Shown: positions 12,559-24,800, counted from the first letter of the stretch. The stretch: 64,000 bases of DNA from Tubulanus polymorphus (GCF_964204645.1 NC_134028.1:22626345-22690344); one strand, 5' to 3'. Notes: generated by a model from the sequence alone, not told the origin. Made by a program: numbers and translations.

Positions 12559-15256
12559 TTATAACTTTGAATTCGTCGGTAATTGAGCGATATTTTCGAC
12601 GAACGCCGTTTGGTTGTTGTGTCTGAATAAAGTTTTTGCTAAAGATGCGTTAAATTTATGCGTCAGTCCGAACGGAGTCAAGTGGTATATAAGAAAGTCT
12701 AACGTGTACATCAACTTCGGCGACACGTAGTGAAACGATATCGAATATTCCGAACAACAGTCGTGACCCTGAAAAAATCAATCAAAGCGAAAGTTTAGAT
12801 ATTAAACAAAACTGAAAGGGCATTTTGATGGGGTACTCGCACCGCTACTGTGGCAAGCGAGGATCCGATAGGTGTCGCTAGTAGATTGGTCTTCCGCGTT
12901 CGATTTCTTCTATGTTTCTATTAGATTTGAATGAACTTTTCTGTTAAATGAATCAATTATTTATGAAAACTATACCGATATCCGAGTAGAAGAATGAAAG
13001 TATTGTATATTTGGTGGTGCTGTGATAATATATGGATTTTGGAGTCTAAAAATCCAGTTCAAAGTTCATCGAACATAAACTAACGTTGACAACGGAAGAC
13101 CTACTGCTCGTCACGCTACCTGGTGGGATAACTGCGAGTTCTTCATTCTACAAGATCCGATCTGGAATGGACAACTACTTGTGCTCATGCTAGCGATGTC
13201 GACGCCGTCGAACTCGCTATTGCATTAATCTAGTTTCTACATCCCCATTAGTATTGTGTTCAAGTAATTTCCAAACCCTGATGACAAAACCACACCGTTT
13301 TTAGCAATGACATCAAATCTTTTCAAATTATTGAAAGACGGCTTTTAAACTCAAAATCCAAATATTTTTTGGTTATTTTTGCGAAGTTTTTCAATCAAGG
13401 AATTGCCTGACTGTTTTGGTCTAACGATTCTAATTCATGGGTGCTATAGACGATTATTGTACATTTCACTATTGGTTTTCACCTTTTTGTTGCCGTATTT
13501 TGAATAATGTCTATACCATCCTGGATATCCACCATGAATATGAGTTCCGGGGTTGAACGGATGAAATGATTCGCGTCCAAGAATATCTATAGATAAACTC
13601 AAGTTGACGCCGAGTTTTTGCATACACTTTCCCATAGCTACGTCCTCGGAGCCGAAATCTTTCGCGCATTTGTCGTTTTTCTGCCCGTCCTCTACCAATC
13701 TGCGTAAAGCCTCGTTACTCAGAACGTAAGCTGCCCCACCACTAGGGTAGCCTTGGGGTACGTGTGGTTTAAAAACGTGTCCGAAATAGACTGGTGTCGT
13801 CGGCTTATGATGCGCTAACATATAACGAAGGTTTTCGACAATAACGTACGTGTCATCGTCAGCTTTTAGAAACCAATCAGCTTTATCCAGATAGTGTTTA
13901 TAAGCGTAGGCAAATGCGCCCATTGTTTTTGCAGTGAGGTGTTGGCGTCCTTCCGATGTTTTCACTTTAACCGTCGGAAATTCATTGTTTTCTTCGCTGC
14001 TTATAAACAACCAAATGTTACATCGTTTAATCCACGTATCGCGCACCGCTACAGCTTTGATCGGCAAGTTCTTCGGAGACGTCATCACCCAACATAATAC
14101 TCGCACTCCGTCGTAGAGCTTCTGCGCCAGGTCTTTATTTTCCATATCTCTGGTTCGAGCGAAAACTGAAACGCACAAATTTCTAACTTATTATCGTTTT
14201 GGGAATAGGCTCTAAGCCTTAATCGCTTAGACCAAAACTCAGGAAAAAGAAAATCAAAGTTTTTAAAAAATTAAGCTCTTACTGCGTCTAATAATTAGTT
14301 TTAACTCGTAGGAAGAGGGAATGTGTTAGTTCCATGAGTGGTCAGCAGAGATTTTGCATGATAGTTACGAAACACCGTCAGAGAAAGGGTAAACGATATG
14401 ACTTTACCCAGAGAAAGAAAATATACACTCCGGATACGTAACAACGGGGTAAAAAAAATGAACAATTAGATGTTTTTTTCCAAAGTTCATCACTTATTAC
14501 AGTAAGATTGGACTACCTCGTGAGAAGACGTGAATCTCTTAATTAGGACGATTCAATATTATACAATACCTGATTCATCAACTGTATCGCCTTCGTGCAA
14601 TAGATCTTTGGATTGTGCAGTCATTTCTATAAAAATGTTGTATAGAAGAGACGAGTAAACGAGGCGTGTCGAATCAGTTAAAACGTTTAGTAAAAATTGT
14701 ACTTCAGGCTAACTTGGTTTCATAAAAGAATACGAACTTTCTGTTGTCTAATAAAATCTTGCGTACGCATTTTGCGCTGCGCAAAGTTCGTACGCATTTA
14801 GCGCAGAATATAGGGCCCCGCACACGAGCCGAAAACTGCGCTGCGCCATTTGCGTACGCAGTTGTCGGCTCGTGTGCGGGGGCCTTAATTGGTATCAGTC
14901 ACCAGGTAAATACTGTCGTTCCCTCGTTTGTACTCATTTACCTGATGAAGCTTATCTTTCACTGGAAGCGAGAGCTCGTGTCTTGAATAATCAAGTTAGC
15001 CTACGTACAATAGTACCTTAAAGTACTATCTGTATTCACGCTTACTTATTTCTAATTGAAAGAGCTCGATATTTTTTCATCGAGAATATATTGAAACATC
15101 GGAACACAATAACAGGTTGTATTATTAAGCATTTTACTTACGTCGTGGATCGAGTAGCGTCAGCGGAAATTTATCGCCGAAAACTAGAAAGCTGAAGATA
15201 AACCCGGCTGAGAGCGCCGCCATTATCCAAATCACACGCTGAAATTTACTGTTCAT
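12559..15256 (-). CDS. C1GALT1: Core 1 beta-1,3-galactosyltransferase paralog 2, 4 coding exons
   Basis: Exons 15256-15142 (MNSKFQRVIWIMAALSAGFIFSFLVFG), 14626-14570, 14165-13483, 12768-12559. Same intron positions and motifs as paralog 1 (KADDDTY); ends QLPTNSKL*. Confidence 0.92.
12818..13140. mobile_element. Copy of the 1713-2085 MITE family in C1GALT1 paralog-2 intron 3
   Basis: Inverted match to ~1740-2085, at the same intronic position as the 3721-3940 copy. Confidence 0.7.
14812..14885. mobile_element. Very short Harbinger-like MITE/hairpin
   Basis: GGGCCCCGCACACGAGCCGA ... TCGGCTCGTGTGCGGGGGCC inverted repeats enclosing ~30 bp. Confidence 0.6.
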
Positions 15257-15718
15257 CGCCGACTCCTCGATTCAAAAGCAAACTGCGTCAAATCTACAAA
15301 ACCAAAGACCGCACAATGCACCTACAAAATAGATATACACACAGCCATTCGTCACACAGTCGGCACGATTTTAAAAACAGCAAACGGTTCCAACGACTTG
15401 GAAATCTAGCATATGTCGACAGCTTGAAACAAAAAACTGAAAACAGCAACTGTTACATTAAAATCGAAATGATCTAATGATTTTGTGTCGTTGTTTATAC
15501 ACATCATACACCGTTCAGTGACCGTCTATCTAAATACACACGGCTTTCATCTGATACTAATGTAATGCCGTCCCCGAAATGATGAACCTACATTCATTCG
15601 CGGCAAACATTCACCTCAGTAACATATGTTCTTTCAAACTATCGGAACAGGAGTGTACGGTAACAGAAATCAATCATCAAATAGAAACCCACAGTTAGAT
15701 CTGTAAAAACAGTTTATT

Positions 15719-15765
15719 TTCCTTACAGTTTCGAGACTTTAAACGAAGCCTCGTCATCAGAGGAA
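15719..15765 (-). ncRNA. Minimal type I hammerhead ribozyme motif (Penelope-like-element type)
   Basis: Minus strand reads UUCCU-CUGAUGA-C-GAGGCUU(CGUUUA)AAGUCUC-GAAAC-U-GUA-AGGAA: intact core boxes, 7-bp stem II, 5-bp stem I (UUCCU/AGGAA), GUA triplet. Flanks share sequence with the 36108-36300 repeat. Confidence 0.6.
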
Positions 15766-16430
15766 CAAAAAACACGTGTTTTTGTGGGTTTTTATTTGTT
15801 AACTCTAAACTGAGATTGATATCAGTTAATTGCAGTCAAGAAATCAATTATTTTTAAAAGTAAGGCCAAACTATAGGTTTATAGGAAAACATATGGTCGC
15901 ATCGCTAAAATATGAACAGGGCGGATCCAGGTGGCCTAAAAGCCCCGCCCTATTCTTCATCAGGCATCATCTTTTCATTACCACTATATTTATGATTATA
16001 ATTATTTCCAAAAAGAAGTTCAGAAATCTTTGCTTTTAGGATCACGAGGTTCTATCCTGCCTTCAAAATGTTTCCAAAAGACCCGTCAGCGCTCTCGTTC
16101 GGGGCTGTTCAAAGATTACGTAACACATTTTTGGGGAAATTTAGACAAATGTTGTCACACCCCCTAAATATCATGTAACAAAATGAAATACCCCCCCCCC
16201 CCCCCATATAGGAGCCCCAGCCAGTACGAGTCGAAGCAGGAACACCCCTGATGGATTACCTAATGTTTTTTTCAATTCATCAAATTTTATAACGTTTACG
16301 CAGGTAATACGTACATATATATTACATAATATGAAATAACCATGATTATAATTATCAATATGAATTCCACCAAAATATATACAACCAAACATATAATATA
16401 TGCGAAGTAAATGGCAATCCGGGCGAACTT

Positions 16431-16810
16431 ACGTCGGTTTTCGTAGTTAGTCGACTCTACGAGCAATTATCTGAACAATTGCTCGTAGGTCGACTGAATT
16501 AAAAACCGAACGCACTACATAGTTCGGTCGTAACGCATTTCACAGTGTAGGCCATCTTGGAACTATAGGCCCGAACTACAGCGACCGTGTACAATCTCCA
16601 GAGCCCAGTTTCACGAAAAAGTTCAAGCCTAAAACGGTTAAGTTTGAATTGTTGTCCTCATTGAAGAAATGAAGTATCCAAAGGCAATTACACCAACAAT
16701 TTGAGTTAAACATTTTAGTGAAACTGAGCCCAGACCTGAGCACCGACTAAGTGACATTCGGTTTCACTTAGTTCGCAAATACGTAGTCGACTAACTCCGA
16801 TAACCGAAGT
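16431..16810. mobile_element. MITE with a second MITE nested inside (~16600-16733)
   Basis: Outer TIRs ACGTCGGTTTTCGTAGTTAGTCGACT / AGTCGACTAACTCCGATAACCGAAGT; inner TIRs GAGCCCAGTTTCACGAAAA / TTTTAGTGAAACTGAGCCC. Confidence 0.65.
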
Positions 16811-18474
16811 ACACACATCTAAACGCAATTCGATATTTTTGTAGGCTTACACGGTTATATCCGTATGTAAACGCCCTGTAAATGCTTCATTTTGTTTTAA
16901 CCCGATTTAAAAGTACTCAATGTACTAGTTACGCAGCTGGAGTTTTTGATCGAATTTCAAGTAAGCTAAGTACGACATGCGTTCACGTTTTTCTGATACG
17001 TACTTGTATAACATCGGCCGCTCCATGCAATGCACACCAGTCCTAGACATTGTCACCCGAATATTCCGTACGACGTGGTTGTTATTCGAGTTTTAAGTGT
17101 CTTTAAACGCCATATGTGATTGTGCTGGTCATGAGCGGCGTTGTATATGCGCTATACTATTAGAATTTCGCTATTGAAGTAGCGCTTACTCGTCACCCTG
17201 GAAACACCCGTTCACTGGTTTTTTCAAGCGGGGCTCGTCGAAATGAAATGTATAATAGCGTTTAGTCGGGCACTTTCAATGAGTAGATACACTGTGTTAT
17301 TCATTTTAACCTAAAAGTAAATCTATATTTCCGAGTTGAAATTGATTTTTGTCATTTGTCTTTTAGATTCTAATTAGAAATCATTAAACAGCCCAAATGG
17401 TTTTGGGGTTTTCTTGTTCGCGAGGCTTTTTTCGTTATAATGAATACGAAGTTGATTATCATATCATAAAGATGACGATACATGATATGATAATCAACTT
17501 GAAAAAAAGAAAAGAAAAATGTATAAAAAGAATGTATAATGATATATTGTAATATTTAGTGGAAATAAATATATCATCATTATCATAACTTCTTATTTAT
17601 ATGAGCCGGTTAACTCAGAGTCAGAGATTTAATCACAAACTGTGGAACCGGGTCGATTTCCACAGTTGTGAGTTAGAGTGTCAACACCGAGTAAAATTTG
17701 GTCCTACTGCGAGTCAAATATCAACTGACACCTGTCGAACTGGAACCGGCACGTATTACAGAAAAACGAGAACTCAACCACTAATCGATTTAATTATCAT
17801 TCGTCAGAAACATTTTCCTGTAATTTTCCATTTTTTTTTTTTGACGCGATTCCACACATGTGAAATCCGTTGCTGTAGTATAGAACCCAATCCAAGAACC
17901 AAAGGCGAAATAGGACCCGCTTTGACAGCTGTTTGTCTAGACTCTAATCTTACTTCACATGGGTGATATTTAATCTTTCATTCTTTGGCGGACTGAAATT
18001 AAATAATCGAACGACAATCGACAGCTGCCCGCAGTTTAGAATTAAAGGACTAGATGGATTAAACAAGGGCTCATATCATATGGAAAAGAGGTTCACGAAG
18101 ACTGTTAATTTGATTTATTGTATCTGCAGATTTTTTTGGCTTCCAGAATAATTGTAGACCAGTTTTCGGGTCGAAGTTAAAGTCAGTCGGTTTAACTCCT
18201 TCGTTAATTCATTCTCAAATCGATTTAGGAGTTGAATCTTTTTTTTTGTGAAAGTGTGTCGCGTCAAAGCCCGTAATTCAAAACTGATGAGTGAAAGAAT
18301 TATTTCGAACGTTTGTTCTCATGGTTTGAGGTAACCTTGCTTAACACATTCTAGAATCATCTTTTGATGGTCTCCTTCTAACGGAAGGTCGTGGTGATCA
18401 CGTTTCTATGGATAACGTTTGATTTTGTTTGCCACGTGGTATAACATTGAACAAACAATACGGAATCATGCGCG

Positions 18475-20247
18475 ATGGCTTCTCCGAGCTCTGCGTCAAC
18501 TCTGTCGGTTTCGCAGTGTTTGTTATTAGACGGCCGTTCCGTAGTTGCCCCGAAATGCCGAAAATGCGACGTTCCGACGTACGGATTGAAAGAAGCGCAC
18601 ACGCACATCACGCTGACCCGAGCCGCCGTCGGGAAAAACGCGAACGAAAACGACGAAATGCAAGAACTCCGAAGTTCGGAACGATCCGTACGCAACATGT
18701 GGAGAGAATATACCAATACGGAAAAACAATACTCAAATTCGCCGACTAGCACCGCGGTCTCGTTTAGTACGGTTGATAAGTTCGACGCTGATTCTGACGA
18801 TCGAACGAGTATTGCTACTAAAACGCGGGTTCTCAGGGCTAAAATCCCTCCTTTATCGATACGTAACGCCAAGGAATGGCTGGCGAGAAACTACGAGCAG
18901 AGAGAAGGAATCAGCGTTCCGAGGAGAATGGTTTACTCGCAGTATATCGACATGTGTCGCGAGCAGACGATCCCGGCCACCAATCAGGCGACATTCGGCA
19001 AAATTCTGCGATCGCTGTTCCCGTCAGTTCGTACGAGGCGATTGGGAAATCGAGGCAAATCTAAATACCATTACTACGGGTTACAGGTGAAGAGCTCGTC
19101 CCCTTATATGGAAACGGTCTCCGATTTACAGCGAGTCAACGTAATGAACGCTTTCAGTCAAGCGGGCTATCAGTGCCGCACTATTTCTCAACGCGAATAC
19201 ACACCGCCGACGACTTGTTACTCCGTTTCCGGTATGATCATTCCGCATTTTCCCGATGACCTCACTAAAGTGAACATCCCCGAACCGATTCGTAAGAAAG
19301 TGGCGCTGTTTCTGTCGTCGTTTCATCGGCATTGCGCCTGCGTGGCCGATCACGTGGTTCGTGCGGAGTTCGAGCAGATTCAGTTCCTCCTGCAGCGATT
19401 CTGGTTCGCGTTACCTTTCAATATGCGTCCGATATTTCAAGACGCGCACGTCATCAATCTGGTGGCTTTGTGCGATTTGGTTTTATTTCGCGCTTTATCC
19501 GGAGTCATGATTCCCGACGTTCTGCAACCGATTCAGACGAATCTCCTGAACGCGTTCAGGGAGTTCGCCAGGTCGCTGCCCGTTTGGGTAGAAATAGCCA
19601 CCAATCCTATTTCCGTTAGATTGGCTGAATCGAGGAAAGCAGTAGCTAAAAGAGTTTGCGATCACGTGATCAAAAATACGGAGTTGGTTCATTTCGCGTC
19701 AGCGGCGCGTTGCGGTCTGCACAGAGCTCACGTTCATCAGTCGTTGATGAAGGACTGGATGAAAAGCGAAGCGGCCTCGTCGGCCATGTCTTACGGTCGT
19801 TTCTTCGCGCCGTTATTCGGCCCGAAATATCGCGAGGCGTTCGCGCGCGGTGTCGACAAACACCTGGCCGAACTGGAAAACCTTTTCGAACAAGACGCCG
19901 GCCTCGCTCAATTCGCCGGTTGGTGTCATCAGATAATGCATCGCAATCACTCGGGATCCGACGATCTAAACGTATCCGAGTTCAGACGGCGTGCGGCCGA
20001 CATGATGTTGACGTGGAATTACCTCAGCGGCGTCGTCGGTCGCCGTTTAGTCGTCACGGGCGCCGGCACGGTCGGTGCCTTCCATTTGATGGACCAGTTC
20101 TTGAAAGACTACATCGCGCAGTTACTCGACAAAAAACTGATCGACGCCGAAGAGAGAATACTTCAAAAATCGGTGTTTATCGATTGGAAGTCGATAACGG
20201 TGCCGGCTGATAATGCTCGTATGTTCGCTAATATGGGCGACTCGTAG
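18475..20247 (+). CDS. RFX-family winged-helix transcription factor (RFX4/6/8-like), intronless
   Basis: 590-aa single ORF. RFX DNA-binding domain EWLARNYE...NQATFGKILRSLFPSVRTRRLGNRGKSKYHYYGL, followed by B/C and dimerization regions (HRHCACVAD, LLQRFW, GAFHLMDQFLKDY). Confidence 0.9.
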   Translation: MASPSSASTLSVSQCLLLDGRSVVAPKCRKCDVPTYGLKEAHTHITLTRAAVGKNANENDEMQELRSSERSVRNMWREYTNTEKQYSNSPTSTAVSFSTVDKFDADSDDRTSIATKTRVLRAKIPPLSIRNAKEWLARNYEQREGISVPRRMVYSQYIDMCREQTIPATNQATFGKILRSLFPSVRTRRLGNRGKSKYHYYGLQVKSSSPYMETVSDLQRVNVMNAFSQAGYQCRTISQREYTPPTTCYSVSGMIIPHFPDDLTKVNIPEPIRKKVALFLSSFHRHCACVADHVVRAEFEQIQFLLQRFWFALPFNMRPIFQDAHVINLVALCDLVLFRALSGVMIPDVLQPIQTNLLNAFREFARSLPVWVEIATNPISVRLAESRKAVAKRVCDHVIKNTELVHFASAARCGLHRAHVHQSLMKDWMKSEAASSAMSYGRFFAPLFGPKYREAFARGVDKHLAELENLFEQDAGLAQFAGWCHQIMHRNHSGSDDLNVSEFRRRAADMMLTWNYLSGVVGRRLVVTGAGTVGAFHLMDQFLKDYIAQLLDKKLIDAEERILQKSVFIDWKSITVPADNARMFANMGDS

Positions 20248-20722
20248 CAGCGCAGCAAATTCAAATCATGAAATATTACTGGATATTCGATAATCGTTGA
20301 AACTCGTCGAAGTTACGATTTGAAATATTTTACTTTCTACTTTTCTATATAGGCCTAATGAATGCTTTTACTTATACATTACGCAGATATGCGGTTGAAT
20401 ATAATGTACCAAACCTTTTCAAGTCATTGATCTATATTTTTGTATGCGATTTCTATTTTACTACATGGTTTTAATATATATGGTCTATTAAACTGGTTTT
20501 TCAAATAAATCAATAAATACTTCTCTCGATGCTTACGGTAATTTTCATTGGCCAATTCTTAATGGCAGGATCCATCCAGTTCCACCAGTTGTCACTCAGT
20601 TCATGTCTAGTTCTTTTAACTCGGAACAGTGGAAAAACGTTCTCATATCCCTTCAGAAAATCGCCCCTAAATTTCAATGTTGACTCGTATTGATTATATT
20701 TATTATTATCATTTACCATAAG

Positions 20723-21076
20723 CATAGAACTATAAGCGAACGGGAAGACCAACTCCGTGACGTAACTATACATTTGCCTTTGCTATCTTCGAAATTGATC
20801 AGCGCCCTCACCGGTGGCGATAAACAATAGATTCTCGGAAATATTTTCGACTATAATAAACTCTTCGAGCATCGGACATTACCGTTTATCAAGATTAAGT
20901 ATTAAGAGTTAAACAAATCAATGAAAAACGCTAAATTAAGAATAGAGACCGGCAACCAGTCAACAACATATGTTGTTTATCACCACTGGTGAGGGCGCTG
21001 AACAAAACACAAGATTACTAGCGGTGCCTAGCGGATTTTTGAGGAGTCGGCCTTCCCTTTCGCTTATAGTTCTATG
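20723..21076. mobile_element. Foldback MITE, P-superfamily-like
   Basis: ~34-bp TIR CATAGAACTATAAGCGAA.GGGAAG.CC.ACTCC; exact 7-bp TSD CCATAAG (20716-20722 / 21077-21083); extra internal inverted repeats CAGCGCCCTCACC.GTGG.GATAAA. Confidence 0.85.
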
Positions 21077-21819
21077 CCATAAGAGATTCGTAACTCATTG
21101 AATCGATTCCTACGGAAATCAATTATTCAAATGAAATATGAATCAAAATCTCTAAATTACTGAAACCAGCCATGCTTACTTTGATGGTTGAATTGTTTTG
21201 TTAATTACTTACTTGGGCTGAGAATGATCAAAATTCGACTTCGTGAGAAAAGCTTCCTTTCCGACGATAAAAAAGTCTCCATATAGTACCCATGCTATAT
21301 ACTCAGGCTTCCGAAATATGGCTGAAATAAATCGATTCTCACTAACCTCCTGATGATGTCGGCTATCCGCTCGTGACGTGACTTCTTCGCTTCTGTTTGA
21401 CCGGGCCCAGAGCTATTGATGCCCAGTCCGGCGAATGATCTGTGTTATCGATATCTTGTTATCGACGATGCAGCAGATGTATCCTCTTCCCTCCATATGC
21501 GCAACGACAATACAATCGCTAAACTGATATCTAGCATTTCGGAAGCCATACGGATTTCAGCGGTCGGTTAGCGAGAAAGTTATGATGAATTGTAAAATGT
21601 AAGTGTCGATGGTGCGCTTTATTTTTTCGATACATGTATCAAACAATAATAAAAACCACGTGGCGTTTGACATTAGAAAAAAAGTTTAGATCAGAACTCA
21701 AATTCAAGATCATACGAGATACGATTAGTTTCGTTTGGTTTGACGAGTTTTTCACATTATACTATGCCTTTTCTTTTAATATTTACGTTTTTCATGAACT
21801 GAATTTATTTAGGAATGGA

Positions 21820-24800
21820 ATGCATTTCGTGCTGCTCGGATTCGTTTTTCTAATACAAGTATCGACAGTCCTCAGTGAATCGGGTGAGTTTTTGATCTTT
21901 AGGTTAAATAGTTTTGTTTGACGCTATACATTTGTTTGTATTGTTTTTCTAAAGGTTCTGGGGTATCACCAGGCCTAGAAGAGGCAGATTTACTCACTAA
22001 AGTGCCGGGTTAGTGAAATCAGTGTTTCGTCTAAAGGCCATGATAGCCTAATTTCAATTGATTATTTTGTTTCTACCAACAATTTCTAATGACATTCTTT
22101 AACAATCTTAATTTTTCTAAAGGTTCTGGGGTGTCGTCAGGCCAAGAAGAGTCAGATGTACTCGATGAAGTACCGGGTTAGTGAAATGAATACACGTTTT
22201 TAGCTAAAGGCGTTGATATTCTTATTTCAATTTATTGATTTCGTTTTTATCAATTACAAAAAGTATAATGACACATTTTAACCAATTGTCAATCTGTGCC
22301 TCTTTGGAAACTCAAGCTGTTCATTACAACTTAATGTATCTAGTTTCAATGTACAAATCGCTCTGATACAATCCGATTCAAAAGCGAATAATAAGTTGAT
22401 ATCAATCCTAAATAAAGATTCCTCATCTGAGAATCAGATACACATTTGTGAAATCTGGTTTTAGAGTCAAATGTCTAGAAATTATCATCTTTCAAGTCGG
22501 GACTCGTAATCAGACTGAGTCCAAGTGTATGGCAAAATTTAAGTATTTCTTACTGTGTCTTCATCAGATGTTCTTGGTATTTTTACAGGGTCGCAAATAG
22601 CGTATCTGTTAGGTGAAGGGACACGCGTTATACCCGGAAGTGATTGGGACGCATTTATGAATGGAGATCCGGTAAAAATTGCACAAAAATATCCAGACAA
22701 ATTCAACTGAAATAGACAAATAACGAGTAATTTCCTCTCTATTCTCCAGTCATTTGATGTTTATATCATTTGTGTTTCTAGGAAGGAAAGGTTGGTGTAG
22801 TAAGGGAAGTGCGATACAATCAAAACGGTGATGTGGAAACCGTGGAAGTTGAATGGGACTCGGGGCTGGATCAAATCCATAAAATGGGTCAGGATGACAC
22901 ATATGAATTGAAATTGGCTACGCTGGGTGAGTGACACCGGGTTATGGTGTAGGGTGTGCTGGCCAAAAAAGCACATAGGTCACACTACTACCGATCTGAT
23001 CCTAGCTACCAACAGCTTTGTAATAACCTTCCAATGAATCTAGTGTGTTCTTCCTGGATGTGTCCATGTTACATTATTAAAAAACCCTGAGGCCCGAAAA
23101 ACGATTTGAGAAAAAAATAATTTTCAAAAACATTTCAACGACTGCAAGCATGCCATATTGCATTTAGAGCAGCCATCTTTGACTAGTTCGCCATCTAGTG
23201 GACAATTAGGTCTGTAGGTCAGTCACCTGTGAAGTGACCTTGCCCTTACCTCGAGGTTTTAATTGTCATCCCATACGAGACAACCGTGACATTGCCATGG
23301 AGTGGGTTTTCAAACATCATTGACCAGTACTATTCTATTCTAAGGACACTATGGTTGGGGAGAATGGACGAAATGCAGCGCGCAATGCGGACGTGGTTCG
23401 AAGCATAGAATTCAAATAGCCACCTGTGTCGATGGAGATTACTGCGTAGGAAAAAAGAAAACGGAGAACAAACATTGCAACATACCTTGTAAAGACGGTG
23501 AGTTATCAAATATCATTCACAATGTATTTGAAAATTATGAAATTGAAAAAACAGAAAACTTATTCTTATCAAGTCATTGTTTTCTGCTCACAGATTACCT
23601 TTAAGATGTATTTCCAATATGATATTATATATAGTATGATTTAATGCATACATCATTTTCAATGGGAACAGTTAAACGATCCGAAACTGATCAATTTCTT
23701 AACTTTTGATACTTTGGGTTTGTCACAATGATACTTGGACTTACTGATGCTTGGGTTTTCTCTAAATTTGGGTTTTGTCTGACTGTGGATAGGCAAACAG
23801 TTGGTCGATTTAATGCAGTATGGTACTCACGTTGTTCCCGGTCAGGACTGGAATGAGGATACGAACGGGAAGCCGGTAAGTAGGATTAGGAGTCTGATGA
23901 CATGTCATTGCAGGGCCGTACCTAGCATACGAATTACGGGGGGAGCTAAGAAATTATGTTTATAATCTTGTACAAGTAAATAAATCATTGATTCATTCAT
24001 TCAATGGCAGTTCTATAGCATATAACAATAATATCTACAACAGGTCCTTTTCCAAAAACTTTGGGGGCAACTGACCCAGCCATGTATGGCCCTGCATCGA
24101 TTATTTATGACTGCATGGGTTAGTTGATCGAAGGGTGGTTTAAGTAAACTGGTAGAAAATTGCAGTAATGGCAATTGAAAAATACATTCTTGCCAGGATC
24201 CAGCTCCTTGGATTATGAGTTTGAGTGATTAGTCATTGGTTAAGGCAAATCATAACTTTCGGCAGAACTGGCCTCTACTTCAACTTATACAATTTTTAGC
24301 AACTGACCAATGATTGATCAAAGGTACAACCACTCTATCCTACTCTTTGGACGTATATACTTGATTTTAAAGCAGAGTTCTAAACAGAAAAAACGTTAAT
24401 TAACAAAACGATAATGGTGTTTGCGTATCATTCGTAAGCATATGAATACTTAATAATCGCTTCTTTCCTCAGCAAGGACAAATAGGTATTGTCGTGGACT
24501 TCAGATCTGACGAAAGGAATCAGCCAAACAGTGTCGAAGTCAAATGGGATTCGGGGGCCGATCGCTTTCATGATATGGGCAATAATGGCAAATATGAATT
24601 GGATCTGGCTATAGAGGGTATTGTATTGTTATCCCCTATTTACTCGAAAAACGCCGTGTTTAAACTGATAGATGCCTTTAACTTTTTTTGATAGTATCAT
24701 GTATAATATGATAACTTGTAAAATGACTTGATGAAGCCCGTTGTTTCAAAAGTACATCCTTGTCATTTAATCCTGAAAGGACTGAAATAGGGCATTCCTT

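Noticed and set aside
18378-20210. Alternative-frame and antisense ORFs overlapping the RFX gene
   Set aside because: Arg-rich, low-information translations typical of shadow frames in CpG-rich coding DNA.
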